From an uncultured Chitinophagaceae bacterium (lineage in GTDB: Bacteria; Bacteroidota; Bacteroidia; Chitinophagales; Chitinophagaceae), in the NCBI GenBank assembly GCA_964638565.1, contig CAZXBE010000001.1, forward strand, positions 388-64,387: 64,000 nt of DNA, written 5' to 3'. This document shows positions 39,172 through 49,441 of the stretch, one piece after another (within the stretch, counting starts at the first letter, position 1; each line of letters opens with the position of its first letter). Made by a program: the position numbers and the translations under genes. The notes under the pieces were generated by a model. That model made no database searches. It saw only the letters and a list, made by a program, of their open reading frames with translations, and was not told where the DNA came from.

Positions 39172-39198
39172 AAAAACGCATTCAAATTAAGTAATTTA

Positions 39199-40677
39199 CT
39201 ATTTCAACGAACTATAATGATACAACTGTAAACGACCGGTATTTTTTACTTGTATAATAGTGGAATCTTTTACACCGTAAGAATTAGATAACGATAACGT
39301 AATTTTATTTTCTCCTGGTTGTAATGGAATACGAGCCACATGTATTTCGGCTGGTAATGATTGCCAATTTCTCGTATCTGCTTGCTCAGACAAAAAATTA
39401 TACAATTGCAAAGCAGTTGCAGCAACTGAACGCCAGTTCTCACTCTTTTTGTTTATTGTACTATCAGGGGATGTTTTTTTTGATGTTGAAGTAGTATTAT
39501 TTTTTTCTTCTTTTCCTCTAACTAACTCTTCCACTAATTTTTTTACAACCAATCTTGATAATGCCGAAGATAATTCTTTTAAAAACCTTTGTCGTAATGT
39601 TTCTGTGGCTAATACATTAATATCCTGGGCTTTTTCAATAGCAATACTTTTACCATTGATCGTAATTTGCTGATTAGTATAGTATGCATGCTGAGTAATA
39701 TACTTTGGAAGAGCAATGCGAAATGTTCTTAAATTGCTGGAAGAAAGCTGCTCTGCGGTTATACCTGCGCTAAAATCAAATGGAATGTTCATCGAATTCG
39801 TTTCATCTGTAAAAAAGAAATTACCTCCTAATCCTTTAGAAAGAAAAAAGGAAAGGTCTTGTTGTTTTTTAATAGGCACTCTTCCTTTTTCTACAAATAC
39901 AAGCAGCTCACCTCCTTTTGCTGTATCTGAAGGTTGATAAGTGGTATTAAATAATTTTTCAAAGCGAGTTACTTCATCCGTAAATCCATTTATATGTGCT
40001 GTTCGCAATACATCATATTCTAATTGTTTGGGAATAGATACGCCATACCAACTTTTGTTAGGAACACTTAGATAGGTTTCTGCTGCGTTGCGATAAGCAA
40101 TAAACGCATTATTCATATCCCCTGCACTTTCATAAATAATGCCTTGCAGCATAAAGGAAAATGCATCTTTTGAATAACGATTTATTTTATCACCATATTT
40201 ATTTTCTTGTTCATTGGCTTGTATGGTTATACGACGGGCTTCTACTAAAGCGTCTTCCGTTTTTCCTAATTGCAAGTAGTTAATAGCTTTGTAATAATGC
40301 AACATAAACTTTTCAAAAGCTTCGGGTTGGTATTGTTGCATCATGGGATTGGTGATGGTTCCAATAGCAATATCGCCTATGTTACTTTTAGTATCTTCTG
40401 CTAAATTATCTGCTTCGTTAAAAAAACTATTACTTGTATCATATTGATGTAGAAGTTGTGCTATACGACCTTTTTCAACCAAGTATAAAAAATGGTTGCG
40501 TTTTTTTTGTAATAAACGTACATTGTCTAAAGCTTTATCAGCCATGGTATAATTACCACTGGTCATATAATCATAATAGCCCGAAATACGTGCATTATAT
40601 GAAGCACAGCTTAATAAAAAAGGCATTAACACGAATACTGCTAATGCCCTTTTAAACATATTAATAGGTATCCCCAT
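39199..40677 (-). CDS. large lipoprotein with TPR-like N-terminal half (COG3014-like, tentative)
   Basis: Lipobox FLLSCAS (possible start at M7, 40659); helical-repeat N-terminal half. Sits immediately downstream of the LpoB-like gene. Confidence 0.45.
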   Translation of the reverse strand: MGIPINMFKRALAVFVLMPFLLSCASYNARISGYYDYMTSGNYTMADKALDNVRLLQKKRNHFLYLVEKGRIAQLLHQYDTSNSFFNEADNLAEDTKSNIGDIAIGTITNPMMQQYQPEAFEKFMLHYYKAINYLQLGKTEDALVEARRITIQANEQENKYGDKINRYSKDAFSFMLQGIIYESAGDMNNAFIAYRNAAETYLSVPNKSWYGVSIPKQLEYDVLRTAHINGFTDEVTRFEKLFNTTYQPSDTAKGGELLVFVEKGRVPIKKQQDLSFFLSKGLGGNFFFTDETNSMNIPFDFSAGITAEQLSSSNLRTFRIALPKYITQHAYYTNQQITINGKSIAIEKAQDINVLATETLRQRFLKELSSALSRLVVKKLVEELVRGKEEKNNTTSTSKKTSPDSTINKKSENWRSVAATALQLYNFLSEQADTRNWQSLPAEIHVARIPLQPGENKITLSLSNSYGVKDSTIIQVKNTGRLQLYHYSSLK

Positions 40678-40715
40678 ATCGTTTATTCAGTACGTATTAA
40701 AAAATAAGAGTAGTA

Positions 40716-41309
40716 CTAATTTTTAATGTATTTAGCAATTTTTTTATCTCCTATCCAAACTACCTCATTGGTTTCAATATTAGTTAACTCTAAATTTATT
40801 TGATAGTAAACTATTTTTTTACGCCCTTGAGAATCTACTATTGAATTAATATCGCCTTGTAAAATGTAATCGGCACCGTTTTCTAAACCAAATTTTTTCA
40901 TACTGCTGGTAGATGCGTTGGTTTGTTGATCTGCTTTTTCAGCTCTTAGTTCTTCTCTTTTTTTACCTCCTTGTACTAGCCTCACCTTGCTTGTTTTTAT
41001 AAAAGATTGTTCTACATCTTTCATAAATGTTTCTGCTTCAATATGTTCATGACTTTTATTTTGAACAAATCCTACAATAACAGTAGGTTTTTGGCTGTTA
41101 TTTTTTTCTAAATAATCTCCAAGCCATTTAGCTTTTAGGATATCGCCAATCATATCTTCGGCTACAAAACGAGAATCTGTATTGTTCCAACGGCCACTAA
41201 GATCTACTTGTTCGCTAGGATCGATACGAGTTACTTTGTGTGCGCAAGAGGTTAAAATAAGAACAAAGGCAAAAAGAGATGTGCTTGTAAGCATTTTGAT
41301 CGATTTCAT
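40716..41309 (-). CDS. penicillin-binding protein activator LpoB-like lipoprotein
   Basis: Lipobox LILTSCA; DLSGRWNNTDSRFVAEDMIGDIL and GADYILQGDINSI...VWIGDKKI follow the LpoB-family pattern. Confidence 0.65.
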   Translation of the reverse strand: MKSIKMLTSTSLFAFVLILTSCAHKVTRIDPSEQVDLSGRWNNTDSRFVAEDMIGDILKAKWLGDYLEKNNSQKPTVIVGFVQNKSHEHIEAETFMKDVEQSFIKTSKVRLVQGGKKREELRAEKADQQTNASTSSMKKFGLENGADYILQGDINSIVDSQGRKKIVYYQINLELTNIETNEVVWIGDKKIAKYIKN

Positions 41310-41358
41310 GTGAACTTTTTTGATGATTGTTAGTAAAAAGATGTTGCAAATTTAAGTG

Positions 41359-41736
41359 TTAATACCAGAATGTCCAATTGCCCGTACGATAACCCATATC
41401 TGGTGTAAAGGAATTCCAATTATTATAGTAAGGAGAATTCCAGTTGCTGTTTCCTCCCCAATTGTTCCAATAGTAAGGGTTTCGAGCCCTTTCTAAACGT
41501 AATTGCTGACGAAAATTTTTACGGGCTTCTTTTCGATCTTGTTTGGCCTGCATGTAATCAATTGCTTTATAAGTGTTTTGAATAGTTGTTCCTTGAAATT
41601 TTAGTAAGGAATCTGCCAATCGAGTGTAATGATCTTGACTGATTTTGTAATTTATATTTTGATTGGGTACTTCTTGCGCTTTGCTAGAGGTTTTTATAAT
41701 CGTTGTAGCGATTAAAACAATGAATAATTTTTTCAT
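41359..41736 (-). CDS. secreted protein with N/W/Y-rich C-terminus, unknown function
   Basis: Start moved to MKKLFIVLIATTIIKTSSKAQ (signal peptide); the longer ORF-track version overlaps msrB. C-terminus: NPYYWNNWGGNSNWNSPYYNNWNS. Confidence 0.5.
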   Translation of the reverse strand: MKKLFIVLIATTIIKTSSKAQEVPNQNINYKISQDHYTRLADSLLKFQGTTIQNTYKAIDYMQAKQDRKEARKNFRQQLRLERARNPYYWNNWGGNSNWNSPYYNNWNSFTPDMGYRTGNWTFWY

Positions 41737-41818
41737 AACTATATGTATTTTGTTGCTTTGACAAGGTTTCGATAGCAAATGTTTATTAATTTTTCTTAAT
41801 TTTTTGTTAAAGAGAGCA

Positions 41819-42367
41819 CTATTTTTTAGTATGCTTTCTTTCAATTGTTTGGGCTTTCTCAAAATCTAGTATTACTCCATTAAGGCAATAACGCAAGCCA
41901 GTTGGTGGCGGACCATCATTAAATACATGACCAAGGTGTGCATTGCACCGCCCACATTGTATTTCTGTGCGCTTCATTCCGTGAGAGTGGTCTGGGGTAT
42001 ATAGAATACTTGTTTTGCTAATAGGTTCATAAAAGCTTGGCCAACCGCATCCACTTTCGAATTTGGTATTACTTGTAAATAAAGCATTTCCGCAGGCCAA
42101 ACAGTAATAAGTGCCTACTTCTTTAAAATTTTCGTATTTACTGCTCCAGGCAGGCTCTGTTCCTTTTTCTCGAGCTATGGTGTATACTTCTGTAGGAAGT
42201 ATTTTTTTCCATTCCTGGTTGCTTAGGTTTACCTTTTCTGTGGCTGTTTTGGAATAGATGGTATTCTTTTTTTGGGTAGGCATAGTGTCTGTATTGGTAT
42301 TTTTTTGCGAAAAACTACATACATTATTTAACAGTATAACGAGGGTAACATATAATAGCTTTGGCAT
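41819..42367 (-). CDS. msrB: peptide-methionine (R)-S-oxide reductase with signal peptide
   Basis: CxxC pairs (YYCLACG, QCGRCNAHLGHVFNDGP) and catalytic RYCLN motif. Confidence 0.88.
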   Translation of the reverse strand: MPKLLYVTLVILLNNVCSFSQKNTNTDTMPTQKKNTIYSKTATEKVNLSNQEWKKILPTEVYTIAREKGTEPAWSSKYENFKEVGTYYCLACGNALFTSNTKFESGCGWPSFYEPISKTSILYTPDHSHGMKRTEIQCGRCNAHLGHVFNDGPPPTGLRYCLNGVILDFEKAQTIERKHTKK

Positions 42368-42457
42368 AAAATATTTATTTGACTTAAATTACTCTTTGAT
42401 TTATTGTACTATAAAAAGTATGATGAATAAAAAGCAGTAGAATGTTAATTTTATAAA

Positions 42458-42913
42458 ATGATAATAGAAAAACAAATTAGCTGCTCCCATTGCTGGAGCA
42501 TAAAGGTAGTAAAGAATGACAAAAAGGATAATCGTACACGAAATATATTATGCAAAAGATGTGGTAAACAATTCCAATATGCGTATCTATATTGGGATGT
42601 TGATAAATATAATAGAGATAAAGTAATTAGGCTGCTTTTAAGAGGTTCTGGTGTCAGGGATTATGCTATAAGTATTTAGGGATAAGCACCCATACTGTTT
42701 TGAATACCTTGTCTAAAGAAGCAGATAAGCTTTGTGTAAAGGCTAAGTATCAGCACTATCATAAAGTACAAATTGATGCACAATGGAGTTATGTTGGATT
42801 AAAAAACGAAAATATAGTTAATTTATGCTTGTAGCTACGAAAATCAAGCAATCATAAGCTTTACTTTAGGTAAGCGTAATAATCAAACTATTTATTTATC
42901 ACAGAAATTTTAA
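42458..42913 (+). pseudogene. decayed IS1-family transposase (InsA-like zinc finger plus start of the DDE part; two frame breaks, 3-prime truncated)
   Basis: Frame 1, 42458-42679: CSHCWS...CKRCGKQF zinc finger and LLRGSGVRDYA HTH. Frame shift to 42679-42834: GISTHTVLNTL...VQIDAQWSYVGLKNEN. Second shift to 42827-42913: ACSYENQAIISFTLGKRNNQT. These follow the order of IS1-type transposases, but the catalytic domain is missing. Confidence 0.65.
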
Positions 42914-42949
42914 CCCATCATACATTTTATAACACAACCCAACTTTTTT

Positions 42950-43543
42950 ATGATTTATTCGTTTAAAGATTTTATTCCGGTTATTAACCCAACTGCGTTT
43001 ATACACCCACAGGCTGCTGTAACAGGCAATGTAATTATTGGGAAAAATGTGTATGTTGGTCCAGGAGCAGCTATTAGAGGAGATTGGGGGAGTATTGTTA
43101 TTGAAGATGGATGCAACGTGCAAGAAAACTGTACTATCCATATGTTTCCTGGCATAACTGTATTGTTGAAAGAAAATGCGCATATTGGGCATGGCGCTAT
43201 CATACACGGCGCTACTATTGGAAGAAATTGTTTAATAGGTATGAATAGTGTCATTATGGATAATGTAGACATTGGTGATGAATGTATTATAGGTGCATTA
43301 ACACTTATAGTTGCAGAAGAAAAAATTCCGAACCGAAGTGTGGTAGTTGGAAATCCTGGAAAAATTATTAAGCAAGTGAGTGAGGATATGCTAGTATGGA
43401 AAACAGAAGGCACAAAATTATATCAATCACTACCTGAAACAATGCAAGCGGGCTGGAGACTTTGTGAGGCATTACACGAAATGCCTCACAATAGGCCATT
43501 TCAAGATACCGTATATAAAACCTGGAAAGAAAAAAAAGACTAA
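42950..43543 (+). CDS. hexapeptide-repeat protein, gamma-carbonic anhydrase / PaaY-CaiE family
   Basis: Left-handed beta-helix repeats (VIIGKNVYVGPGAAIRGD, IGHGAIIHGATIGRNCLIGMNSVI). Confidence 0.72.
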   Translation: MIYSFKDFIPVINPTAFIHPQAAVTGNVIIGKNVYVGPGAAIRGDWGSIVIEDGCNVQENCTIHMFPGITVLLKENAHIGHGAIIHGATIGRNCLIGMNSVIMDNVDIGDECIIGALTLIVAEEKIPNRSVVVGNPGKIIKQVSEDMLVWKTEGTKLYQSLPETMQAGWRLCEALHEMPHNRPFQDTVYKTWKEKKD

Positions 43544-44235
43544 TTTGTGTGTTGTATAAACCGTTGAATCATAAAACCCAACACATCTATTTGAACTTGC
43601 TCAATAGGATGGCGTGTATTAGGTAAAATAGCCATTTGAGCATTCGGAAGTTTTTCATAAACACCGACTGTTTCTCGTAGTGTAACCATTTTGTCCCTAT
43701 CTCCCAATATAATAAGCACAGGTGTTACAATAGAGGTATAATCATTCGAATGAAGGGGGTTAATCTCTCCCATATTCAATAACATATCTGCTGTTTTATT
43801 AAGAACAAGACCCCATTTATGTGAAGTATGCCTGTTTTGTAGCACCTGAGCAAAAGCAGGAATTTTTTGCTCGATAATGGCCGGTTGCAATTGTTTTACT
43901 TCTTTGGTGGCTATATCATTATCCCAATAAAATTTTGTGCCCAGTGTAATTATTTTTTTTACCAAATGAGGATAGTATTTTGCCATGTATAATGCAACAT
44001 ATCCTCCCATACTATATCCAAAAATATTTACCTGATTTAACTCTACACTCTGCACGTAATTCACTACTTGCTCTGCAAACAACGATATAGAAAAAGGCTC
44101 TTCTGGAAAATCGTCTCCTCCATGTCCATAAAAATTAAATGCATGAACATGAAAGTGTTTGCTAAGTATATTTTGTAAAGATAAAAACTGATCTTTCGAA
44201 CCAATAGCACCATGCAATAAAACAAGATGTTCCAT
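43540..44235 (-). CDS. alpha/beta fold hydrolase
   Basis: LLHGAIGS oxyanion region and nucleophile elbow GYSMGG. Confidence 0.72.
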   Translation of the reverse strand: MEHLVLLHGAIGSKDQFLSLQNILSKHFHVHAFNFYGHGGDDFPEEPFSISLFAEQVVNYVQSVELNQVNIFGYSMGGYVALYMAKYYPHLVKKIITLGTKFYWDNDIATKEVKQLQPAIIEQKIPAFAQVLQNRHTSHKWGLVLNKTADMLLNMGEINPLHSNDYTSIVTPVLIILGDRDKMVTLRETVGVYEKLPNAQMAILPNTRHPIEQVQIDVLGFMIQRFIQHTN

Positions 44236-44266
44236 ATTTGCCGATCTTAAAAAGATTCTATTATTT

Positions 44267-44824
44267 TTATTTAGCTCTTTCTACAACAGGCTGCTGTTTC
44301 GAGTGAGTAAGCCCATACATAATGCCAAAAAAAACAGCACTAAATGCAAGTGTAGCTAATACACTGGTTTTATAAAAAGGAAGGCCATCCACATAACATT
44401 CCAACAATGTAGATCTTTGATATCCCCAACCTGTAAACCATACTATTGCGTTAGATAATAAAAAATATGCAGTGGGTGCAGCAAGAGCTCCAATAAAAAT
44501 GCGAGATATTTTATAATTTTTAATGAAAAAACCAAATATGGTTAATGAAGTGAACAGCACATAATACATCCACTGATCTTCATAAAATCCGGGTGTGTTG
44601 TTGTATCCCATTTTATATAAGCCTTCATAAAAAACATCCGATAAAAACATCGACAACAACGGTAAGGCAAAAGCCCATGCTTTACGACGTATCATAGCGC
44701 CTGCCAATAATGCAATAGCAAATTGAGGAGCAAACCCATCTGGACGATTCGGTATAACACGGTATATAATGGAAGCTGCTAACATTAATACAAAAGCAAC
44801 AATGATTGATTTTTTATAATTCAT
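44267..44824 (-). CDS. polytopic membrane protein (DUF6580-like putative transporter component, tentative)
   Basis: About 5 TM helices; the N-terminal YRVIPNRPDGFAPQFAIALLAGA pattern resembles that family. Confidence 0.4.
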   Translation of the reverse strand: MNYKKSIIVAFVLMLAASIIYRVIPNRPDGFAPQFAIALLAGAMIRRKAWAFALPLLSMFLSDVFYEGLYKMGYNNTPGFYEDQWMYYVLFTSLTIFGFFIKNYKISRIFIGALAAPTAYFLLSNAIVWFTGWGYQRSTLLECYVDGLPFYKTSVLATLAFSAVFFGIMYGLTHSKQQPVVERAK

Positions 44825-44889
44825 ACATCAAAATTTTATATTGCGAATATAATAAAGTCTTTTTTACTATGATGTAATAACAGCTACAA

Positions 44890-46110
44890 TTATTCCTTAG
44901 GTACAAAGGCCTTGTATACTACGCAATGGCTTTGCGTAGTTATGTTATAGTTTGTATCAGCAGCAATAGCAAAACTGTCGCCTTTAGTAAATATTTGTTT
45001 CTCTTCAACTTCTATTTGAAGGCTTCCATCTATGACAATGCCTATCTCAAACGATTGACTGTATTGAGTTATAGAAGAACCGGCAGATAATAAAATAGCA
45101 GACAAGCAAAAATCGGGCACAGGGCAATGGTATATTTTTTCTTGTGTATGTCCATTACCAATAAAAATATGTGGTGTTATACCTTCAAATATAATATGTT
45201 GGATAAGTTCTTTTACATCAACATATTTTGGTGTAAGCCCGCCTCTAAGTACATTGTCTGAATTGGCCATCAATTCTACATTTACACCTTCTAAATACGC
45301 ATGTGGCAATCCCGCCCCTTGAAAAATAGCTTCGCCGGGTTTTAATTGTAGTAAATTAAAAAAGTAAATAGAAAATATACCTCTATCTACATTTTGATAT
45401 GGATGCGTGTTATTGATTATTGCACGAGCTGCCCAAAAATCAGGATTATGTTTATTTAATTTTTGTTGTTGATATAGTGGAACGATTTTTTGCAAAAGAG
45501 GCTGTAACATTTTATCTACTTCATCTTGGTGCATTTCCATTATGTATGTATATAATGTTTTATAATCATTCTTTTTAAAAATGGATATAAGCGGATGAAA
45601 TGCTTCTATCTTTTGCAACGTTTGTTGCAATAATGATGGAGTTTTAAAACCATGCAGTAAACAAAATGGTGATAATGCTACCATCATTTCGGGTTTGTGA
45701 TTTTTATCTTTATAATTTCTGTTAGATGCATTTATAGGTATGCCTAATTTTTCTTCTCTTTCAAAACCCTCTTGAGCAGCGGTTTTAGTAGGATGTACTT
45801 GAATAGACAACATCTCTCTAACATCCAATATTTTAAATAAATAAGGTAGTTGGTTGGTTGATGGGTTGAGTAGTTGATTGGGTGACTTGCTCAATGCTGT
45901 AGGATTTTGTTGTAAAAAATGAGTTAGCAATTCCCATTGACCATTTACTTCTATTTGCGAAATAGCGCTAGGATGTATGCCCATCCAGTATTCTGCAAAA
46001 GGTTGATGGTTTGTGTTGTTAATGTTGAGCAATGATGGAATGTATGTGTAACCACCCCAAGCATAATGTTGTACTTGTCCTTTTAAACGGTAAATTTTTT
46101 GATTACTCAC
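44890..46110 (-). CDS. manA: mannose-6-phosphate isomerase, class I
   Basis: GTG start; YRLKGQVQHYAWGG N-terminus and LSIQVHP / PHAYLEG metal-site motifs. Confidence 0.82.
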   Translation of the reverse strand: MSNQKIYRLKGQVQHYAWGGYTYIPSLLNINNTNHQPFAEYWMGIHPSAISQIEVNGQWELLTHFLQQNPTALSKSPNQLLNPSTNQLPYLFKILDVREMLSIQVHPTKTAAQEGFEREEKLGIPINASNRNYKDKNHKPEMMVALSPFCLLHGFKTPSLLQQTLQKIEAFHPLISIFKKNDYKTLYTYIMEMHQDEVDKMLQPLLQKIVPLYQQQKLNKHNPDFWAARAIINNTHPYQNVDRGIFSIYFFNLLQLKPGEAIFQGAGLPHAYLEGVNVELMANSDNVLRGGLTPKYVDVKELIQHIIFEGITPHIFIGNGHTQEKIYHCPVPDFCLSAILLSAGSSITQYSQSFEIGIVIDGSLQIEVEEKQIFTKGDSFAIAADTNYNITTQSHCVVYKAFVPKE

Positions 46111-46165
46111 GTTGCAATGTTAAAATAAAATATACATTAGCAATATAGTTTATAAATTTATATTT

Positions 46166-46522
46166 GTGCATACCCATTTAACCACAGGTATTGTTGGAGA
46201 AAAATTAGCGTGTACTTTTTTTGAACAAAAAGAATTTGTAATACTGCATACCAACTGGCGGTACGGACGTTGCGAGGTAGATATTATTGCTTCTAAAAAG
46301 AACGTACTTCATTTTATTGAAGTAAAAACAAGATCCAATAAAGATTTTGGATTACCAGAAGAAAGCATACACGAAAAAAAAATGAATAATCTTAAACAAG
46401 CTGCAGAGGCATTTTTACATAAATATTCCGAATGGAAATATATTCAGTTTGATGTTTTGTCTATTATTATTGATGCCAATAATAACCATGAGTATTACTG
46501 GATAGAAGATATATATATTTAA
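46166..46522 (+). CDS. yraN: YraN-family endonuclease (UPF0102)
   Basis: 118 aa; GEKLACTFFEQKEFVILHTNWRYGRCEVDIIA...HFIEVKTR pattern of the family. Confidence 0.8.
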   Translation: MHTHLTTGIVGEKLACTFFEQKEFVILHTNWRYGRCEVDIIASKKNVLHFIEVKTRSNKDFGLPEESIHEKKMNNLKQAAEAFLHKYSEWKYIQFDVLSIIIDANNNHEYYWIEDIYI

Positions 46523-46529
46523 TACCCTC

Positions 46530-48680
46530 TTACAGATGCTCTATAAAATATTGACTAATTTTTTCCATTAAATGCGCTCGATCTTCTCCCTGTACATTAT
46601 GTTCATGGCCTGGGTAAATAAAATAATCGAGCTGCACGCCTTTTTCAACCGCTTTTTTAAGATACATAATAGAATGCTGCCAAACTACTGTGTTATCATC
46701 TGTTCCGTGTATCAACAATAATTTGCCTTTTAAGTTTTGAACATAATTCAACAAATTATTATTGTTATATCCTTCTGGATTTTGTTGTGGAGTATCCATA
46801 TATCTTTCTGTGTACATTGCTTCATAATATGACCAATCTATTACTGGCCCACCAGCAACAGCAACTTTAAAAACGCCTGGATGTCTGGTCATTAATGAAG
46901 TAGTCATAAAACCACCAAAGCTCCATCCATGAATGCCCATTCTTGCAGTATCTACGTATGGTAATGTTTTTAAGTAATTAACACCAACCAACTGATCTTC
47001 CATTTCTGCTGTTCCCAATTGCCTAAAAGTAGCTTGTTCAAAATTTTTACCTCTGTTTTCACTTCCTCTATTATCCAATGTAAATACTATAAAACCTTTC
47101 TGTGCCATATAATGGAACCAAAGATTAGCGCCACCTAACCAATTATTAAGAACCATTTGAGCATGTGAACCTCCATATAAATAAACTAAAACTGGGTATT
47201 TTTTAGTGGGGTCGAATTGCGGTGGCGTAATCATTCTACAATACAAATTAGTTCCCTGATTATTTTTTATACTGAATAGTTTTAATTGTCCAATATTATA
47301 GTCTTGTAATGGATTAGCAGAATACAACAATGTTGATTGTTTTTGTTTTTTTAAATCAAGTATAAATATATTTCTGGGTATAGTGGTGTTAGAAAAATAA
47401 TCTATAACTGCGGTTCCCTCTTCGTTTATACGGCAAGTATGATATCCATTTCCATTGGTAAGTTTTGTTATTTTGGCTGATTTTACATTCACTTCATAAA
47501 AATCTTTATTCATAGGGTTTTCTGCATTAGCATGAAAAAATACATTTTCGCTTGTAGCATCAAACCCATTATAATCCAATACTTCCCATGCGCCTTTGGT
47601 TAGTTGCCGAATCATTTTTCCACTTACATCATGCAAATACAAATGATTATGTCCATCTCTCATGCTTTGCCAAATAAATTGCGTTGGATTATTTTTTACA
47701 AACATCATAGGATGTTGTGGTTCAACATATTTTTCATCTTTTTCTTCAAATAAAGTTTTAATAAACGATCCGGTTAAGGCATCATATTGGTTAAGCTTCA
47801 TGTGATTTTGATCTCTATTCAATACGGCGATATACATAAATTTTTCGTCGGGACTCCATGCAATATTGGTAAGGTATTGCTCTTTAGGTTCTCCCGTTTG
47901 CATATAAACGGTTTTGCCTGAGATCATGTCATAAACGCCCAGTGTTACTTCATGACTTTTTTCTCCTGCAAAAGGATATTTAATATTGTTGTTTGCTGCG
48001 GGTTTTTCCGACCAATTAATAATAGGATAAGAAGTTACCATGGTTTGATCCATTTTATAAAAAGCAAGTTTATTATTATTGGGTGACCAGAAAAGGCCTT
48101 TTACAATACCGAATTCATTTCGATGTACTACAGTTCCACAAACTATATCTTTATTGCTTTCATTAGTTACCTCAATTTCTTTACCATTGTTATAAATAAA
48201 TACATTGTTTTGTTTGGTAAAAGCATACAAATTAGGACGATTCGTTTTTTCTATATTTTCTGCATCATTAGGTATATGATTTATACCTAATTTAAAAATT
48301 TTTTTTGTTATGATATTATATTCATAAAGCATTGAATCAATAGCAAACGCTAGTATATCTTTATTTTTCCAATTCATTGTTTGCATCGGTGTTTCTTTTT
48401 GTATATCAGCTTTTTGCAATGCTTCTTTAAGTTGATGCTGCGTAAAAATTATTTTTTTATTTCCATTAGCCATTGAAAAAGATTGAAGTACCACTTCATT
48501 GTTTACGGTATCTACATAACTCACATCATTTGTACCTTTGATAAATTTTAATCCAGATAAATTTTTAGGGGCTAAACTGGTTTGTGCTTTAAGTACTGCA
48601 TCTTCTATAGTAAGTTGTTTGTTTTGACTTAACGCAGTAAATGAAATGATTATGAATAGAGATGAAAATATTTTTTTCAT
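46530..48680 (-). CDS. dipeptidyl peptidase IV-type S9B serine peptidase
   Basis: Signal peptide, DPP-IV N-terminal propeller region, catalytic GWSFGG, and C-terminal HGTDDNTV and GHEH. Confidence 0.85.
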   Translation of the reverse strand: MKKIFSSLFIIISFTALSQNKQLTIEDAVLKAQTSLAPKNLSGLKFIKGTNDVSYVDTVNNEVVLQSFSMANGNKKIIFTQHQLKEALQKADIQKETPMQTMNWKNKDILAFAIDSMLYEYNIITKKIFKLGINHIPNDAENIEKTNRPNLYAFTKQNNVFIYNNGKEIEVTNESNKDIVCGTVVHRNEFGIVKGLFWSPNNNKLAFYKMDQTMVTSYPIINWSEKPAANNNIKYPFAGEKSHEVTLGVYDMISGKTVYMQTGEPKEQYLTNIAWSPDEKFMYIAVLNRDQNHMKLNQYDALTGSFIKTLFEEKDEKYVEPQHPMMFVKNNPTQFIWQSMRDGHNHLYLHDVSGKMIRQLTKGAWEVLDYNGFDATSENVFFHANAENPMNKDFYEVNVKSAKITKLTNGNGYHTCRINEEGTAVIDYFSNTTIPRNIFILDLKKQKQSTLLYSANPLQDYNIGQLKLFSIKNNQGTNLYCRMITPPQFDPTKKYPVLVYLYGGSHAQMVLNNWLGGANLWFHYMAQKGFIVFTLDNRGSENRGKNFEQATFRQLGTAEMEDQLVGVNYLKTLPYVDTARMGIHGWSFGGFMTTSLMTRHPGVFKVAVAGGPVIDWSYYEAMYTERYMDTPQQNPEGYNNNNLLNYVQNLKGKLLLIHGTDDNTVVWQHSIMYLKKAVEKGVQLDYFIYPGHEHNVQGEDRAHLMEKISQYFIEHL

Positions 48681-48692
48681 ATTGAATAAAAA

Positions 48693-49433
48693 TTAATGCT
48701 TTGCCAAAACATCCGCTATATGTAACGTTTGTAAAGGATATTTTTTATGTTGAATATAACCGTTTAAATGCATTAAACAACTCATATCCGTAGATATAAT
48801 ATATTCAGCACCTGTTGCTAAAGCATGGTTTATTTTTTGATCGGCCATAGCAATAGATATAGGTTCAAACTTAACAGCAAAAGTTCCTCCAAATCCGCAG
48901 CATACGCTGGTTTCTTCCATTTCAATCAATTCCAATCCTTTTACCTGTTGCAACAATGTACGAGGGGCTTCTTTAATATTACATTCTCTCAATGCTGCAC
49001 AACTATCGTGATATGTGGCTTTCCCATTTAACGTAGCGCCCACATCTGTTACGTTTAATACTTCAGTTAAAAATTCAGAAAATTCATATATACGTCCGGA
49101 AATATTTTGTATGCCTTCTAAAAAAAGATTCTCCTTCCCTTTTGAGGAAGGCTGGGATGAGGCTAGTTTTTTATAATAATTTTTTACAAATCCCACACAA
49201 GAAGCGCTAGGTGCTACGATATAATCACTACCCTCAAAATCTTGTAAAAATTTTTCACAAACTTTTTTGGCATCTTTCCAATAACCTGCATTGAAAGCAG
49301 GCTGTCCACAGCAGGTTTGCTTTTCATTATATTGAACAGTGCATCCAACTTTTTTTAATACTTTAATCATGTTAAAACCTGTTTGTGGAAACAGCTGATC
49401 AATAAAGCAAGGTATGAAGAGTTGGATAGTCAT
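48693..49433 (-). CDS. (Fe-S)-binding CCG-domain protein, LutA/GlcF-like
   Basis: Two CCG-domain motifs (CCGQPAF, CCGFGGTF). No lutB/lutC adjacent. Confidence 0.7.
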   Translation of the reverse strand: MTIQLFIPCFIDQLFPQTGFNMIKVLKKVGCTVQYNEKQTCCGQPAFNAGYWKDAKKVCEKFLQDFEGSDYIVAPSASCVGFVKNYYKKLASSQPSSKGKENLFLEGIQNISGRIYEFSEFLTEVLNVTDVGATLNGKATYHDSCAALRECNIKEAPRTLLQQVKGLELIEMEETSVCCGFGGTFAVKFEPISIAMADQKINHALATGAEYIISTDMSCLMHLNGYIQHKKYPLQTLHIADVLAKH

Positions 49434-49441
49434 TTAATAAA

